A DNA stretch of 64,000 nucleotides, from assembly GCA_965218395.1 (NCBI GenBank), contig OZ244620.1:1413268-1477267 (forward strand). The letters are read 5' to 3'. This document shows positions 19,167-27,315 of the stretch, one piece after another. Source of the DNA: an uncultured Candidatus Binatia bacterium (lineage in GTDB: Bacteria > Desulfobacterota > Binatia > Bin18). The notes under the pieces are model-generated. The model saw nothing but the letters and a program-made list of their open reading frames with translations. It made no database searches and was not told where the DNA came from. Within the stretch, counting starts at the first letter, position 1, and each line of letters opens with the position of its first letter. Position numbers and translations under genes: made by a program.

Positions 19167-21029
19167 TCAGCCGACTTCCAATCCGACCGAGCGCATCAGC
19201 GCCAGGGCATTACTCTTTTGGACGACACCGGTCCGCATGCGGTAATCGAACCGGAGTGCGCCGTCCTCGAATTGATCCTCAAAACAGACATTGGCCACGC
19301 GCGGCGACAGGCTGTCGGCGATCCGGGCCAGGGCGAGATCATGGGTTGTGACCAAACCAATGGCTCCGCGTTCAAGCAGACTGCGGACCACGGCTGCCGC
19401 CCCAATCTGGCGGTCGTGAGAATTCGTCCCGTGAAAAATCTCGTCCAGAAGAAACAGCACGGGCAGCGGACCCGCCGCGCCATCCAGCAGTTGTCGGACG
19501 CGTATCACCTCCGCGTAGAAGCGCGAGGTCCCGGCGTGCAGAGAGTCCTGGATGCGCAGGCTTGCGCCCAGCGTCAGCGGGGAGAGGCGCAGCTGCCGCG
19601 CCCGCACCGGGGCGCCGGCCAGGGCCAGGACGGCGTTCACCCCGACGGTCCTGAGCAGCGTGCTCTTGCCCGACATATTGGAACCACTGACGATCAAGGC
19701 CTGAGGAGACTGGTTCAGGGCAATATCGTTGCGGACACAGTGTTGCTCGGGCAGCAGTGGATGGCCGAGGCCCGTGCCTTCAAAACAGGCGCTCCGGTGG
19801 CCATCTTTTTTCTGGGGCACGAGTTCCGGGAAGGGGTCGGCCGGGTGCTCATAGGCATAGCCGGCCAGCGCATTCAGGGCCTCGAACTGGCCGATCGCCT
19901 GTAGCCAGTGGGCAATGGCCCGGCCCGAGACGGCCCGCCAGCGTTCGAGGGCGCAGGCGAGCTGGGTCGTCCACAGCAGCAGGCCGGCCAGCGGAATAAA
20001 AATCTGATTCTTGCGCGATTCGAGCAAGGTAATCAGACGGTTGAGGCGGGCGATCTGGCGCGAGGGTGGTGAGCCGTTGCTTGCAATTAATGCCTGGAGA
20101 CGGGCCAGCCACGGACACGCAAGCGCCTCTTGTTCGAGGCAGGTCAGAACGGCGGACAGCAGGCTGAGTTCGCGTCCGACCCGCTCGATATTGATAGTGG
20201 CGCGTCCGGCCCGCTGCCGGACACCGGCGGCAAAAAGACCCTGCACTACACTCGCCACCACAAACGGGATCGGCCCGATCGAGCTCAGCCCCCAAGCGGC
20301 CAGGGTCGCCAGCGACACAAACGAGAGGCCGCCGGCCACACCAGACACCCACCAGCCAGAGAGGTGGGGCGGCGCTTGTCCCCAGTCTTGCAGAATATGG
20401 GGCGAGACACCGGCGTCAATATCGTCGCCACGCACGGCCAGCTCTTCGCGCAGGTCGAGACGGAGACAGAGCTCATCAACGGCGGCCTGACGAGCGTGAA
20501 TCTCCTCAGGCGTCGCGGGTGTGGTCAGCCAGGCGGCCAGGGTCTGGCGTCCAATCGAGGTCCGCGCGGTGCACAGCAAGGTAAACACCGAGCCCGGACC
20601 AAACAGGTCGAGGTCGGCGGCATAGGGATGCCCAGCCTGCTGGCTCTCTTGCAGAAATTCGCTCCCAGGCTCTCCACCCGCGACCCAGCGATCTTCAAGC
20701 CGGGCTAATCCCTGGGTGTAAAACGCCACACTCCGTTCTGCCCGCAGCCGCCGGTGTTTGACCCGTTCATGGTAGAGCACGAGTCCGACAAAGCCGATTA
20801 CAAAAGGCAGCAACCAGCCCCACGATAAGGTGCCGGGCCGCAGGAAAAGCCAGGTAACACCACAGCCGGCAAGAAAGAGAATAAGACGCGCGTGGCCGAT
20901 CGCTCGGTCCCGCTGCGTACACTGGCGGAACTGTCTGTGGCGTTGACTCAGCCGCTCGGTATACGCGGCAGACGGGTCTGCGGGACGCGGGCGGTCTCCG
21001 GTATTCCGCGACAGGTCGGCCGATATCAT
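19167..21029 (-). CDS. MutS domain V (ABC-ATPase) protein with N-terminal transmembrane region; MutS-related, not canonical MutS1/2
   Basis: C-terminal GSNMSGKST Walker A, DEIFHGTN, TTHD motifs of MutS ATPase domain. N-terminal half hydrophobic with no mismatch-binding domain. Confidence 0.6.
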   Translation of the reverse strand: MISADLSRNTGDRPRPADPSAAYTERLSQRHRQFRQCTQRDRAIGHARLILFLAGCGVTWLFLRPGTLSWGWLLPFVIGFVGLVLYHERVKHRRLRAERSVAFYTQGLARLEDRWVAGGEPGSEFLQESQQAGHPYAADLDLFGPGSVFTLLCTARTSIGRQTLAAWLTTPATPEEIHARQAAVDELCLRLDLREELAVRGDDIDAGVSPHILQDWGQAPPHLSGWWVSGVAGGLSFVSLATLAAWGLSSIGPIPFVVASVVQGLFAAGVRQRAGRATINIERVGRELSLLSAVLTCLEQEALACPWLARLQALIASNGSPPSRQIARLNRLITLLESRKNQIFIPLAGLLLWTTQLACALERWRAVSGRAIAHWLQAIGQFEALNALAGYAYEHPADPFPELVPQKKDGHRSACFEGTGLGHPLLPEQHCVRNDIALNQSPQALIVSGSNMSGKSTLLRTVGVNAVLALAGAPVRARQLRLSPLTLGASLRIQDSLHAGTSRFYAEVIRVRQLLDGAAGPLPVLFLLDEIFHGTNSHDRQIGAAAVVRSLLERGAIGLVTTHDLALARIADSLSPRVANVCFEDQFEDGALRFDYRMRTGVVQKSNALALMRSVGLEVG

Positions 21030-21068
21030 GCGGTAGTCCTTTTCACGTTCTCCACAGGGAGGGTCGGG

Positions 21069-21890
21069 TCAGCGCAGGTCGAGATACCAGGCGATCAGGG
21101 ATTCTCCGACGAAGAGATAACACCCGGCGCCAAACGCCAAGAACGGACCGAAGGGTAAGACGAGTTTGGAGTCGGCCCGCCGGCGTAGCATGGTGGCAAT
21201 CCCGACCGCCGACCCGGTGCAGGAAGCCAGCAGCAGGGTAAAAGGTATGGCCCGCCAGCCCAGAAACGCGCCGATCATGGCCAATAGTTTGATATCTCCC
21301 CCGCCCAGGCCCTCGCGTTTTGTCACGGCCCAATAACCGCAGGCTACTGCCAGCAGGACGCCGGCTCCGAGTCCGGCTCCTATGAGCGACTCCCAGAACG
21401 TCAGGTGCGGAGAGATCGCGGAAAAGAGCAGGCCGAGGATGATCCCAGGCAGACTGATGGCATCGGGAATAATTTTATAATCCGTATCAATAAACGTGAT
21501 GACGACCAAGGCCGCGGCAAAGACGAAATACCCCAGGGTTACCAGGCTGACGCCAAATTGAATCACCAGCAGACCGGCAATCGCGGCGGTCAGCAGTTCG
21601 ACCCAGAAGTAGCGGGCAGAAAACCGAGCGCCGCACACCCGACAGCGTCCGCGCCGAACAAGATAGGTGAACAGCGGAATGTTATCGTACCAGGCAAGCG
21701 GGGTTGCGCAACTCCGGCAGTGGGAACCAGGGGAGACCACCGACTCCTCAAGCGGCAGACGGTAGATACACACATTCAGGAAACTCCCGATACAGGCGCC
21801 GCCGACACACGCCAGCAGGCAAACAAACAGCGGGGGGAGGTCAATGGGTAGCAACCACTGTAGTCTAATCGATCCGGACCCGACCGGCAA
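21069..21890 (-). CDS. pilD: Prepilin peptidase (A24 family)
   Basis: N-terminal Cys tetrad (C..C...C..C), multiple TM helices, conserved Asp region (FIDTDYKIIPD) and GGGDIKL motif. Confidence 0.8.
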   Translation of the reverse strand: MPVGSGSIRLQWLLPIDLPPLFVCLLACVGGACIGSFLNVCIYRLPLEESVVSPGSHCRSCATPLAWYDNIPLFTYLVRRGRCRVCGARFSARYFWVELLTAAIAGLLVIQFGVSLVTLGYFVFAAALVVITFIDTDYKIIPDAISLPGIILGLLFSAISPHLTFWESLIGAGLGAGVLLAVACGYWAVTKREGLGGGDIKLLAMIGAFLGWRAIPFTLLLASCTGSAVGIATMLRRRADSKLVLPFGPFLAFGAGCYLFVGESLIAWYLDLR

Positions 21891-22347
21891 GATTGATCAC
21901 AATATGCTTTGAGAACTGTCCGTCAGGAGATGCCAGCGTGAGCGTCATCCCGCCGTCAACATGGCCCCGCGGAACAAAAATCACATCGCCGCGCGAATTT
22001 GCGGCCGAGACGATCACACTCGTTGGCAAGAGGATACTGCCTGATCCATCGCCACCGCTGTCATGACTGTGGAGACGATGGTCCTGCCAGCGTCCGTTCT
22101 CTCTTTTTTCGACGAGATAGGTAGCGGAGCCAGGCTGGAAGGTCACGCGTAAGCGGCGGTTATGCGCGATGGCTTGCATCCGAACGAGTTGGAGATCGGC
22201 AGCCACCTGTCGGACCCCACTATTGACCGCGACACGCTGCAGGAGTGGGGCGAGTTGAAGCGAGGCTATCCCAGTCAGAATGCCCAGCAGCGCAAGGACA
22301 CACAGGAGTTCGAGCAGGGAAAAACCTCGGCAGCCCCGGCTATGCAT
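21865..22347 (-). CDS. Type IV pilus minor pilin / pseudopilin (FimT/GspH-like)
   Basis: Start MHSRGCRGFSLLELLCVLALLGIL: class III prepilin leader with cleavage-site G-F and Glu+5. Confidence 0.6.
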   Translation of the reverse strand: MHSRGCRGFSLLELLCVLALLGILTGIASLQLAPLLQRVAVNSGVRQVAADLQLVRMQAIAHNRRLRVTFQPGSATYLVEKRENGRWQDHRLHSHDSGGDGSGSILLPTSVIVSAANSRGDVIFVPRGHVDGGMTLTLASPDGQFSKHIVINLAGRVRID

Positions 22348-23755
22348 CAAACTGCTCCGTCCAGGACACGGTGCGGTGCAAGAGCATAAGCGCCCGAACA
22401 ACGGCTTCACAGCTGTAATTCACGGCAAACGGAGCGCAGGCGCTGCTACGTTGCACCCGATTAAAATCCAGCCTTTGGCCTGGGGTTCCAGATTCTTGGA
22501 CCAGAACGGCGCCAAGGATCTGGCCACACACATTCGGCCCCACAGCGCGCAGGTCGCCCTCCCCCATAATGATGACTATGCCCTGCCACTGAAACGTCAC
22601 ATTGCTGAGCAGCACGACACGCGGAATAATCAGGACACCGGCTCCGGTCACCCGGGCATTGTTGCCCATCCGGAAGGGACTGGGGCCAGCTTGGATCTGC
22701 GTCACACGCGGCTGGACTGCCGTTCCATAGGCGTATGAGCCATCCTCAAGGTGCTGCGTAATCTCCAGGACCTGCTCCGGCTCCAGCCTGGCGATTTGTT
22801 GCTGTATCTCCGCCCGCGCGGTCTGGAGCTGGCGCCGCTCTTCAGCGGACAACAGATAGGCGAAGGGTCTGGTTGCAGAACTCGGGCTAAACGGTCCTCG
22901 GTCATTCGGGGCTGTAGGCAGGTGGACGTGGGCAGGCTGAGCGGTTGCTCGCAGAACGGCTGCCGACAGGTCGAGGTGCAGGAAGCACGTCGGTTCCTCC
23001 AGCCGACACGGTCGGGGGTCAAAACGCGGTAGCAGCGTCGGCCCGCGCACCCAGGCAAGGCCAGGGGTACACACACCAAAGGCCGTACTGCCGCCATCGG
23101 CCTGACAGAAGAGATTGGCCCGGGTGACGATCCGTTGTTTCAGGGAATGCTGGGCGCTGATGAGATCGGTCTGCGCCTGGATTTGGCTGACCGCAAATGG
23201 GGCAATATCAGGGCAGCGAGCGGACAGGCCGCCGCCGAGCGCATGATTTCTGCCGTCTATGCTGAAGTCCGGGATACGCTGCCCCGACCCGACCGGACTG
23301 GTTGCCGGGTCGGTAAAATCCGGCCGCAGCCCCGCACCGAGACCGGTGACCGCACCCCAGGGTGTAAACGGGGGAAGAGCGACCACTTCTTCAACCACTC
23401 GACGGGCCGCCTCAGCCCCGACCCCGGCTGCGGTAATCCGATAGCGCCGGGCATCAAGCTCCTCAATGCGGACCGTGTACGTTCCCTCACCGAGCGCTTG
23501 CGGCCCGAGCGTTACGGGGAAGGTCTCTCCCGGCAGATTGGCTTCGAGCCAGTTCTTTCCCACTGCGGCTCCGGCCTGGGCGAGCCAGAACGCCTGGACG
23601 CCGCTCCTGAGATTGTGCGAGATAAACAGGTCAACCCGGCTGAGTATGGTTCGGCTGCCTCCCAGGGCGGCCAGCAGGGTCATCAGGATGAGAGTGGTCA
23701 GCAACACCACGCCGCGCTCTGAACGAAGGACATTACGCCGGAAGAATATACGCAT
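22340..23755 (-). CDS. Type IV pilus assembly protein PilX-like (large minor pilin)
   Basis: Start trimmed to MRIFFRRN...ERGVVLLTTLILMTLLAAL (PilX N-terminal domain-like). Adjacent to the pilW/pilV-like genes. Confidence 0.5.
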   Translation of the reverse strand: MRIFFRRNVLRSERGVVLLTTLILMTLLAALGGSRTILSRVDLFISHNLRSGVQAFWLAQAGAAVGKNWLEANLPGETFPVTLGPQALGEGTYTVRIEELDARRYRITAAGVGAEAARRVVEEVVALPPFTPWGAVTGLGAGLRPDFTDPATSPVGSGQRIPDFSIDGRNHALGGGLSARCPDIAPFAVSQIQAQTDLISAQHSLKQRIVTRANLFCQADGGSTAFGVCTPGLAWVRGPTLLPRFDPRPCRLEEPTCFLHLDLSAAVLRATAQPAHVHLPTAPNDRGPFSPSSATRPFAYLLSAEERRQLQTARAEIQQQIARLEPEQVLEITQHLEDGSYAYGTAVQPRVTQIQAGPSPFRMGNNARVTGAGVLIIPRVVLLSNVTFQWQGIVIIMGEGDLRAVGPNVCGQILGAVLVQESGTPGQRLDFNRVQRSSACAPFAVNYSCEAVVRALMLLHRTVSWTEQFDA

Positions 23756-23771
23756 GGGACTCGGTTGAGGC

Positions 23772-24473
23772 TCAGTTGGGTGGATTCGACAGAAAGATGG
23801 CCGAGCCCAGTCTGGCCGTAATCGGTTCACCGACCTGAGGGTCGGGATGTGGCTGAGCGGTACGAACAACCAGGTCGATCAAAAAGACGGCGGCCCGCTC
23901 GGCAGGGTCAAGCGGTGGCAGGAGTTGGGTGCCGTCCCGGTCGAAATAGGACAAGCGAAAACCGTCCACAGGGATATTGCCGATAAAGGGCTGGGCCGAG
24001 CCACGTCCGGTCGCCCGGCGGAGCATCTGCGCCTGGGCATCGTAGGTATACCTGACCCGTTCGCTCGGATCGTCCGGACAGCCGTCTGCAGGCGAGTCAA
24101 TACGATCGCCGCGAAAGTCATACTGGAGGGAGATGGCCTGCGCCTCGGCTACTAAGAGGCGTTCGAATCCGGCGCACGCCCCGTCCCGGACCGGGCGTGC
24201 GCCGGCCATACGCAGCTCTCTAACCAAAAAATCAATGGCCAATCGACTGCTCTCGCGCACGCTCAGCCGCGCGGTTTCCGCACTCAGGGTCTGCAGATTG
24301 AAACGGTAAAACCCATACAGCGCGAGCAGGAAAAGGCTCGCTACGCCCAGGGCAACAAGCGTTTCGAGCAAGGTCCAGCCGGCTTGTCGCCGGGGAGAAC
24401 GACGCTGAAGAACGAACGGCAGCCCTCTCTTGCCAGGTCTGTACGCTACGGGGTCACTGCTGCGGGTTTGCAT
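23772..24473 (-). CDS. Type IV pilus assembly protein PilW-like
   Basis: Prepilin-type N-terminus AGWTLLETLVALGVASLFLLAL. Size and cluster position fit PilW. Confidence 0.5.
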   Translation of the reverse strand: MQTRSSDPVAYRPGKRGLPFVLQRRSPRRQAGWTLLETLVALGVASLFLLALYGFYRFNLQTLSAETARLSVRESSRLAIDFLVRELRMAGARPVRDGACAGFERLLVAEAQAISLQYDFRGDRIDSPADGCPDDPSERVRYTYDAQAQMLRRATGRGSAQPFIGNIPVDGFRLSYFDRDGTQLLPPLDPAERAAVFLIDLVVRTAQPHPDPQVGEPITARLGSAIFLSNPPN

Positions 24474-24485
24474 CCTGCTCGGTTC

Positions 24486-24827
24486 CTAGCGATTCACAAC
24501 CGTCACCAGGTCCACAGAATGGGGCCCCTCGACAAACCACGAGACCGCGACGTCAATGCGGGTGACTCCAGGCTCGGGTGAGTCAGGCGTCACCCGCCAG
24601 CTTCGGGTATAACCTGGTCGTGGCGCGTCTTCACCATCCCGGAGCGGTTCAAAGGCCGCTCGAAACTCTTCCAGCTTTTCTTGGGCCAGAATCGTCGCCT
24701 GGGTCACGTGCTGACTGATAGCCCCGGCCCGAATAACCGTGGTGACTCCAGCCGCCAGCCCGAGCGAGGCGATCGCAAACACCGCCATGGCCACCAGGAC
24801 CTCAATCAGCGAATAGCCACGATGCAT
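24486..24827 (-). CDS. Type IV pilus modification protein PilV-like
   Basis: MHRGYSLIEVLVAMAVFAIASLGL prepilin N-terminus. 113 aa. Confidence 0.6.
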   Translation of the reverse strand: MHRGYSLIEVLVAMAVFAIASLGLAAGVTTVIRAGAISQHVTQATILAQEKLEEFRAAFEPLRDGEDAPRPGYTRSWRVTPDSPEPGVTRIDVAVSWFVEGPHSVDLVTVVNR

Positions 24828-24973
24828 AGCAGTCGTTTTCTTCTTTACCGAGGCATTTTGTACTCCCTACTACTATATCGATCCCTCTTTTCACAAGAGG
24901 TCGTTCGGTTCAGGTTGGGGGTGGGTATATACCTCTGGGACTCGTTTTGCGTCCTTTGGCTCGCCTCCTCCGT

Positions 24974-24999
24974 CTGTATAAACAGACGCTGTTATACAG
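24974..24999. promoter_or_regulatory. Near-perfect inverted repeat CTGTATAAACAG-ACG-CTGTTATACAG abutting the RBS of the ArsI/CadI-like gene: candidate metalloregulator operator
   Basis: Seen directly: 12/11-bp arms, 3-nt spacer, ending 3 bp before the AGGAGG RBS at 24998-25003. Confidence 0.45.
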
Positions 25000-25009
25000 G
25001 AGGTTTTCG

Positions 25010-25531
25010 ATGAACGGTCAATCTGCAGTAGAATTTGCGACTCCGGCCCGGGTCCACATCGCTTTGTCGGTTCGTGACGCGGAGCGCTCCGCCATCTTCT
25101 ATCGACGCCTGTTCGCCCAGGAACCGACCAAGGTGCGCCCCCGCTATGCGAAATTCGAGGTTGCCGACCCGCCCCTGAACCTCAGCTTGCACGAAGATGC
25201 AAACCAACGGACCCGGCCCGGTCCGAGCGCCCACTTCGGGGTTCAGGTCAAATCGACCGAGACCGTCGCTCGGATTGCCGCCCGGTTGCAGGCCAGCGGG
25301 CTCAAGCCACGCCTGGAAGACACCGTCTCGTGTTGCTACGCTGTGCAGGACAAGGCCTGGGTAACCGACCCGGACGGGAACGCCTGGGAGATTTTTGTGG
25401 TCCTGGAGGCCGATGTGCCGGATTACGGAAGAAAGAAAAGGGAGACCGGCGGTGCACAGGCGGGCGCTGTGCCAGACCGGCAGGCGCTTCAAGGCTCCAC
25501 GTGTTGCACAACCGAATGCTGTGCGGAATAG
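25010..25531 (+). CDS. ArsI/CadI-like VOC (glyoxalase/bleomycin resistance/dioxygenase) family metalloenzyme with C-terminal Cys-rich tail
   Basis: Start MNGQSAVEF after AGGAGG RBS. VOC fold motifs (HIALSVRD...FYRRLF, HFGVQV). C-terminus STCCTTECCAE with two vicinal Cys pairs, as in ArsI/CadI. Confidence 0.5.
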   Translation: MNGQSAVEFATPARVHIALSVRDAERSAIFYRRLFAQEPTKVRPRYAKFEVADPPLNLSLHEDANQRTRPGPSAHFGVQVKSTETVARIAARLQASGLKPRLEDTVSCCYAVQDKAWVTDPDGNAWEIFVVLEADVPDYGRKKRETGGAQAGAVPDRQALQGSTCCTTECCAE

Positions 25532-25539
25532 GAGGTCGG

Positions 25540-26172
25540 ATGAGCGTCTCAACCGAGTACGCCTGGCAGGCGCTGAGCCAGCAGTTGCGCGCGTTCTTTC
25601 GCCGCCGTGTCAGGGATGACCACCTGGCGGAAGACCTGCTCCAGGAGACGTTTGTGCGGGTCCATAACGGACTCGCCTCCCTCCGGGAACAGGAACGGCT
25701 GACAGCCTGGGTCTATCGTATTGCCCACAACACGCTGCGGGATTATTTCCGCACGGGCCTCGTATCGAAAGAGATGCTCGCCCCTGACGGTGTCGGGGCG
25801 GACGCCATCCCTGAAGAGCACACCCCAGACGAGAACTATAATGAGGAGATCGCGGCCGGTCTGGGCTGCATGGTGCAACAGTTGCCGCCCCGCTATCGTG
25901 AGGCAATAGAGCTGGCGGAGCTCCAAGGGCTGACACAAAGCGAGGTCGGCGCCCGCTTAGGCCTGTCCCTGTCCGGGGCCAAGTCCCGCGTCCAACGCGG
26001 TCGGACCAAGCTGAAAGACCTGTTGCTGGAGTGCTGCCATTTTGAGCTTGACCGGCACGGCAATGTGATCGATTACCAGCCGCAGCACAGCTGTTCAGGC
26101 TGCTGCGGAAACCCGCCTGCGGCTCCAGCCTCCCCAGTCACGACGAGCCAGTCAGACAAGCGCTGCGAGTAA
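25540..26172 (+). CDS. ECF sigma-70 family sigma factor with C-terminal cysteine-rich domain (CorE-like)
   Basis: Sigma-2 region (DLLQETFVRVH, AWVYRIAHN) and sigma-4 (LTQSEVGARLGLSLSGAKSRVQRGR), followed by ECCHFELDRHG...HSCSGCC extension. 9 bp downstream of the VOC gene. Confidence 0.65.
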   Translation: MSVSTEYAWQALSQQLRAFFRRRVRDDHLAEDLLQETFVRVHNGLASLREQERLTAWVYRIAHNTLRDYFRTGLVSKEMLAPDGVGADAIPEEHTPDENYNEEIAAGLGCMVQQLPPRYREAIELAELQGLTQSEVGARLGLSLSGAKSRVQRGRTKLKDLLLECCHFELDRHGNVIDYQPQHSCSGCCGNPPAAPASPVTTSQSDKRCE

Positions 26173-26281
26173 CAGAAAAAGGGCTGCTGAGGGAGACTCC
26201 TCCCTTGCCCAGCCTCCTGGTTGCTCCATAGACTCAGGTCGCGTAGGCGGCTGCGCATTGCATCCTTTTCCGAGACGACAT

Positions 26282-26337
26282 AGTTTTCAGGCAGAGGTTT
26301 TCAGGCAGAGGTTTTCAGGCAGAGGTTTTCAGACGGA
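26282..26337. repeat. 14-bp direct tandem repeat (ggttttcaggcaga) x4 immediately upstream of the HIT gene start
   Basis: Read from sequence: agttttcaggcaga/ggttttcaggcaga/ggttttcaggcaga/ggttttcagacgga. Confidence 0.8.
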
Positions 26338-26350
26338 AAGGGATGCAGCC

Positions 26351-26794
26351 ATGCCGCATGAGACATTATTGAAATTCAATTACCCGAACACCCTGCTGCG
26401 TGAGTATACGCACTGGGCGGTCCTCCTGCGTCCACAGCAAGTGACGCTCGGTTCGCTGGTGCTGGTGTGCCGCGCCGAGGTCACGAGTATGGCGGAGGTC
26501 TCAGCCGAGGCGTTTGCCGAGTTGCAGACCGTCACAGCAGACCTGGAAGGGACGCTCAAACGGGTCTTCGCCTTCGACAAAATTAACTATCTGTTACTCA
26601 TGATGGTGGATAAGCACGTCCACTTTCATGTGATTCCACGCTACGCCACTCCGCGGACTATAGGCGGTGGTGCGTTTTCTGACCGGGCCTGGCCCAAGCC
26701 GCCTGACGTCACCCAAGCGTTGGAGCTGACCGAGCAGCAGGGTACGGAATTATTCCAACTGCTGCGGACGGCGTGGCCGGCAGCGCGTGACTGA
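26351..26794 (+). CDS. HIT (histidine triad) family protein
   Basis: Start MPHETLL. HVHFHVIPR histidine triad motif. Confidence 0.6.
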   Translation: MPHETLLKFNYPNTLLREYTHWAVLLRPQQVTLGSLVLVCRAEVTSMAEVSAEAFAELQTVTADLEGTLKRVFAFDKINYLLLMMVDKHVHFHVIPRYATPRTIGGGAFSDRAWPKPPDVTQALELTEQQGTELFQLLRTAWPAARD

Positions 26795-26953
26795 CGCGGC
26801 CAGCCCTGCGGTGTCGAGACTCACGTTTCTCCTGGAAAAATACCAGGGTAATGCCCCCGATATGCGGGGAAAAAGTCTGCCGCGTAAAAATATCGGAGGA
26901 AAGAGTGATAGGGGGGTTGCAAAATCTGCACTAACAGCTAGTAAGCTGTAGCT

Positions 26954-27274
26954 ATGATGTATGCTGCTGTGGATATGATGATGGTGGATGTGGAAGGTGG
27001 CGAGCAGCAGCCCCGCTATTCGTCATACAACCCATTCAAAGCGCTCCTCCGCAACGTTTTATCCGATGCCTTTGTGGTACGCGATTTAGTGCGGAAGGGT
27101 AACAGTTTGTTTCTCTCACAGTTTGAGTTGGACCGGATGTGGTTTTTCTCAGAGGATGAGAGCCCGTTCAGCTTCTTGTGGACCTGTCAGCACCTGGCTC
27201 TCGACCCGCGGAAAATCCAAGCCTTGTATTTCTCTGCTGAGCCGGCGCGGATCCCGCGTTGGTGGGCGGCGTAA
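26954..27274 (+). CDS. Hypothetical protein
   Basis: 106 aa ORF in a lower-GC patch with sigma70-like TTGCAA...TAGCTA hexamers upstream. No family recognised. Confidence 0.3.
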   Translation: MMYAAVDMMMVDVEGGEQQPRYSSYNPFKALLRNVLSDAFVVRDLVRKGNSLFLSQFELDRMWFFSEDESPFSFLWTCQHLALDPRKIQALYFSAEPARIPRWWAA

Positions 27275-27315
27275 GCGAGAGCGTCCTCTTCCTCAGCTCT
27301 CACCACAAGGCAAGT

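Noticed and set aside
26173-26257. Possible terminator hairpin after the CorE-like sigma gene (gagggagactcctccc)
   Set aside because: Stem is short and not followed by a T-tract, so a terminator call is not supportable.
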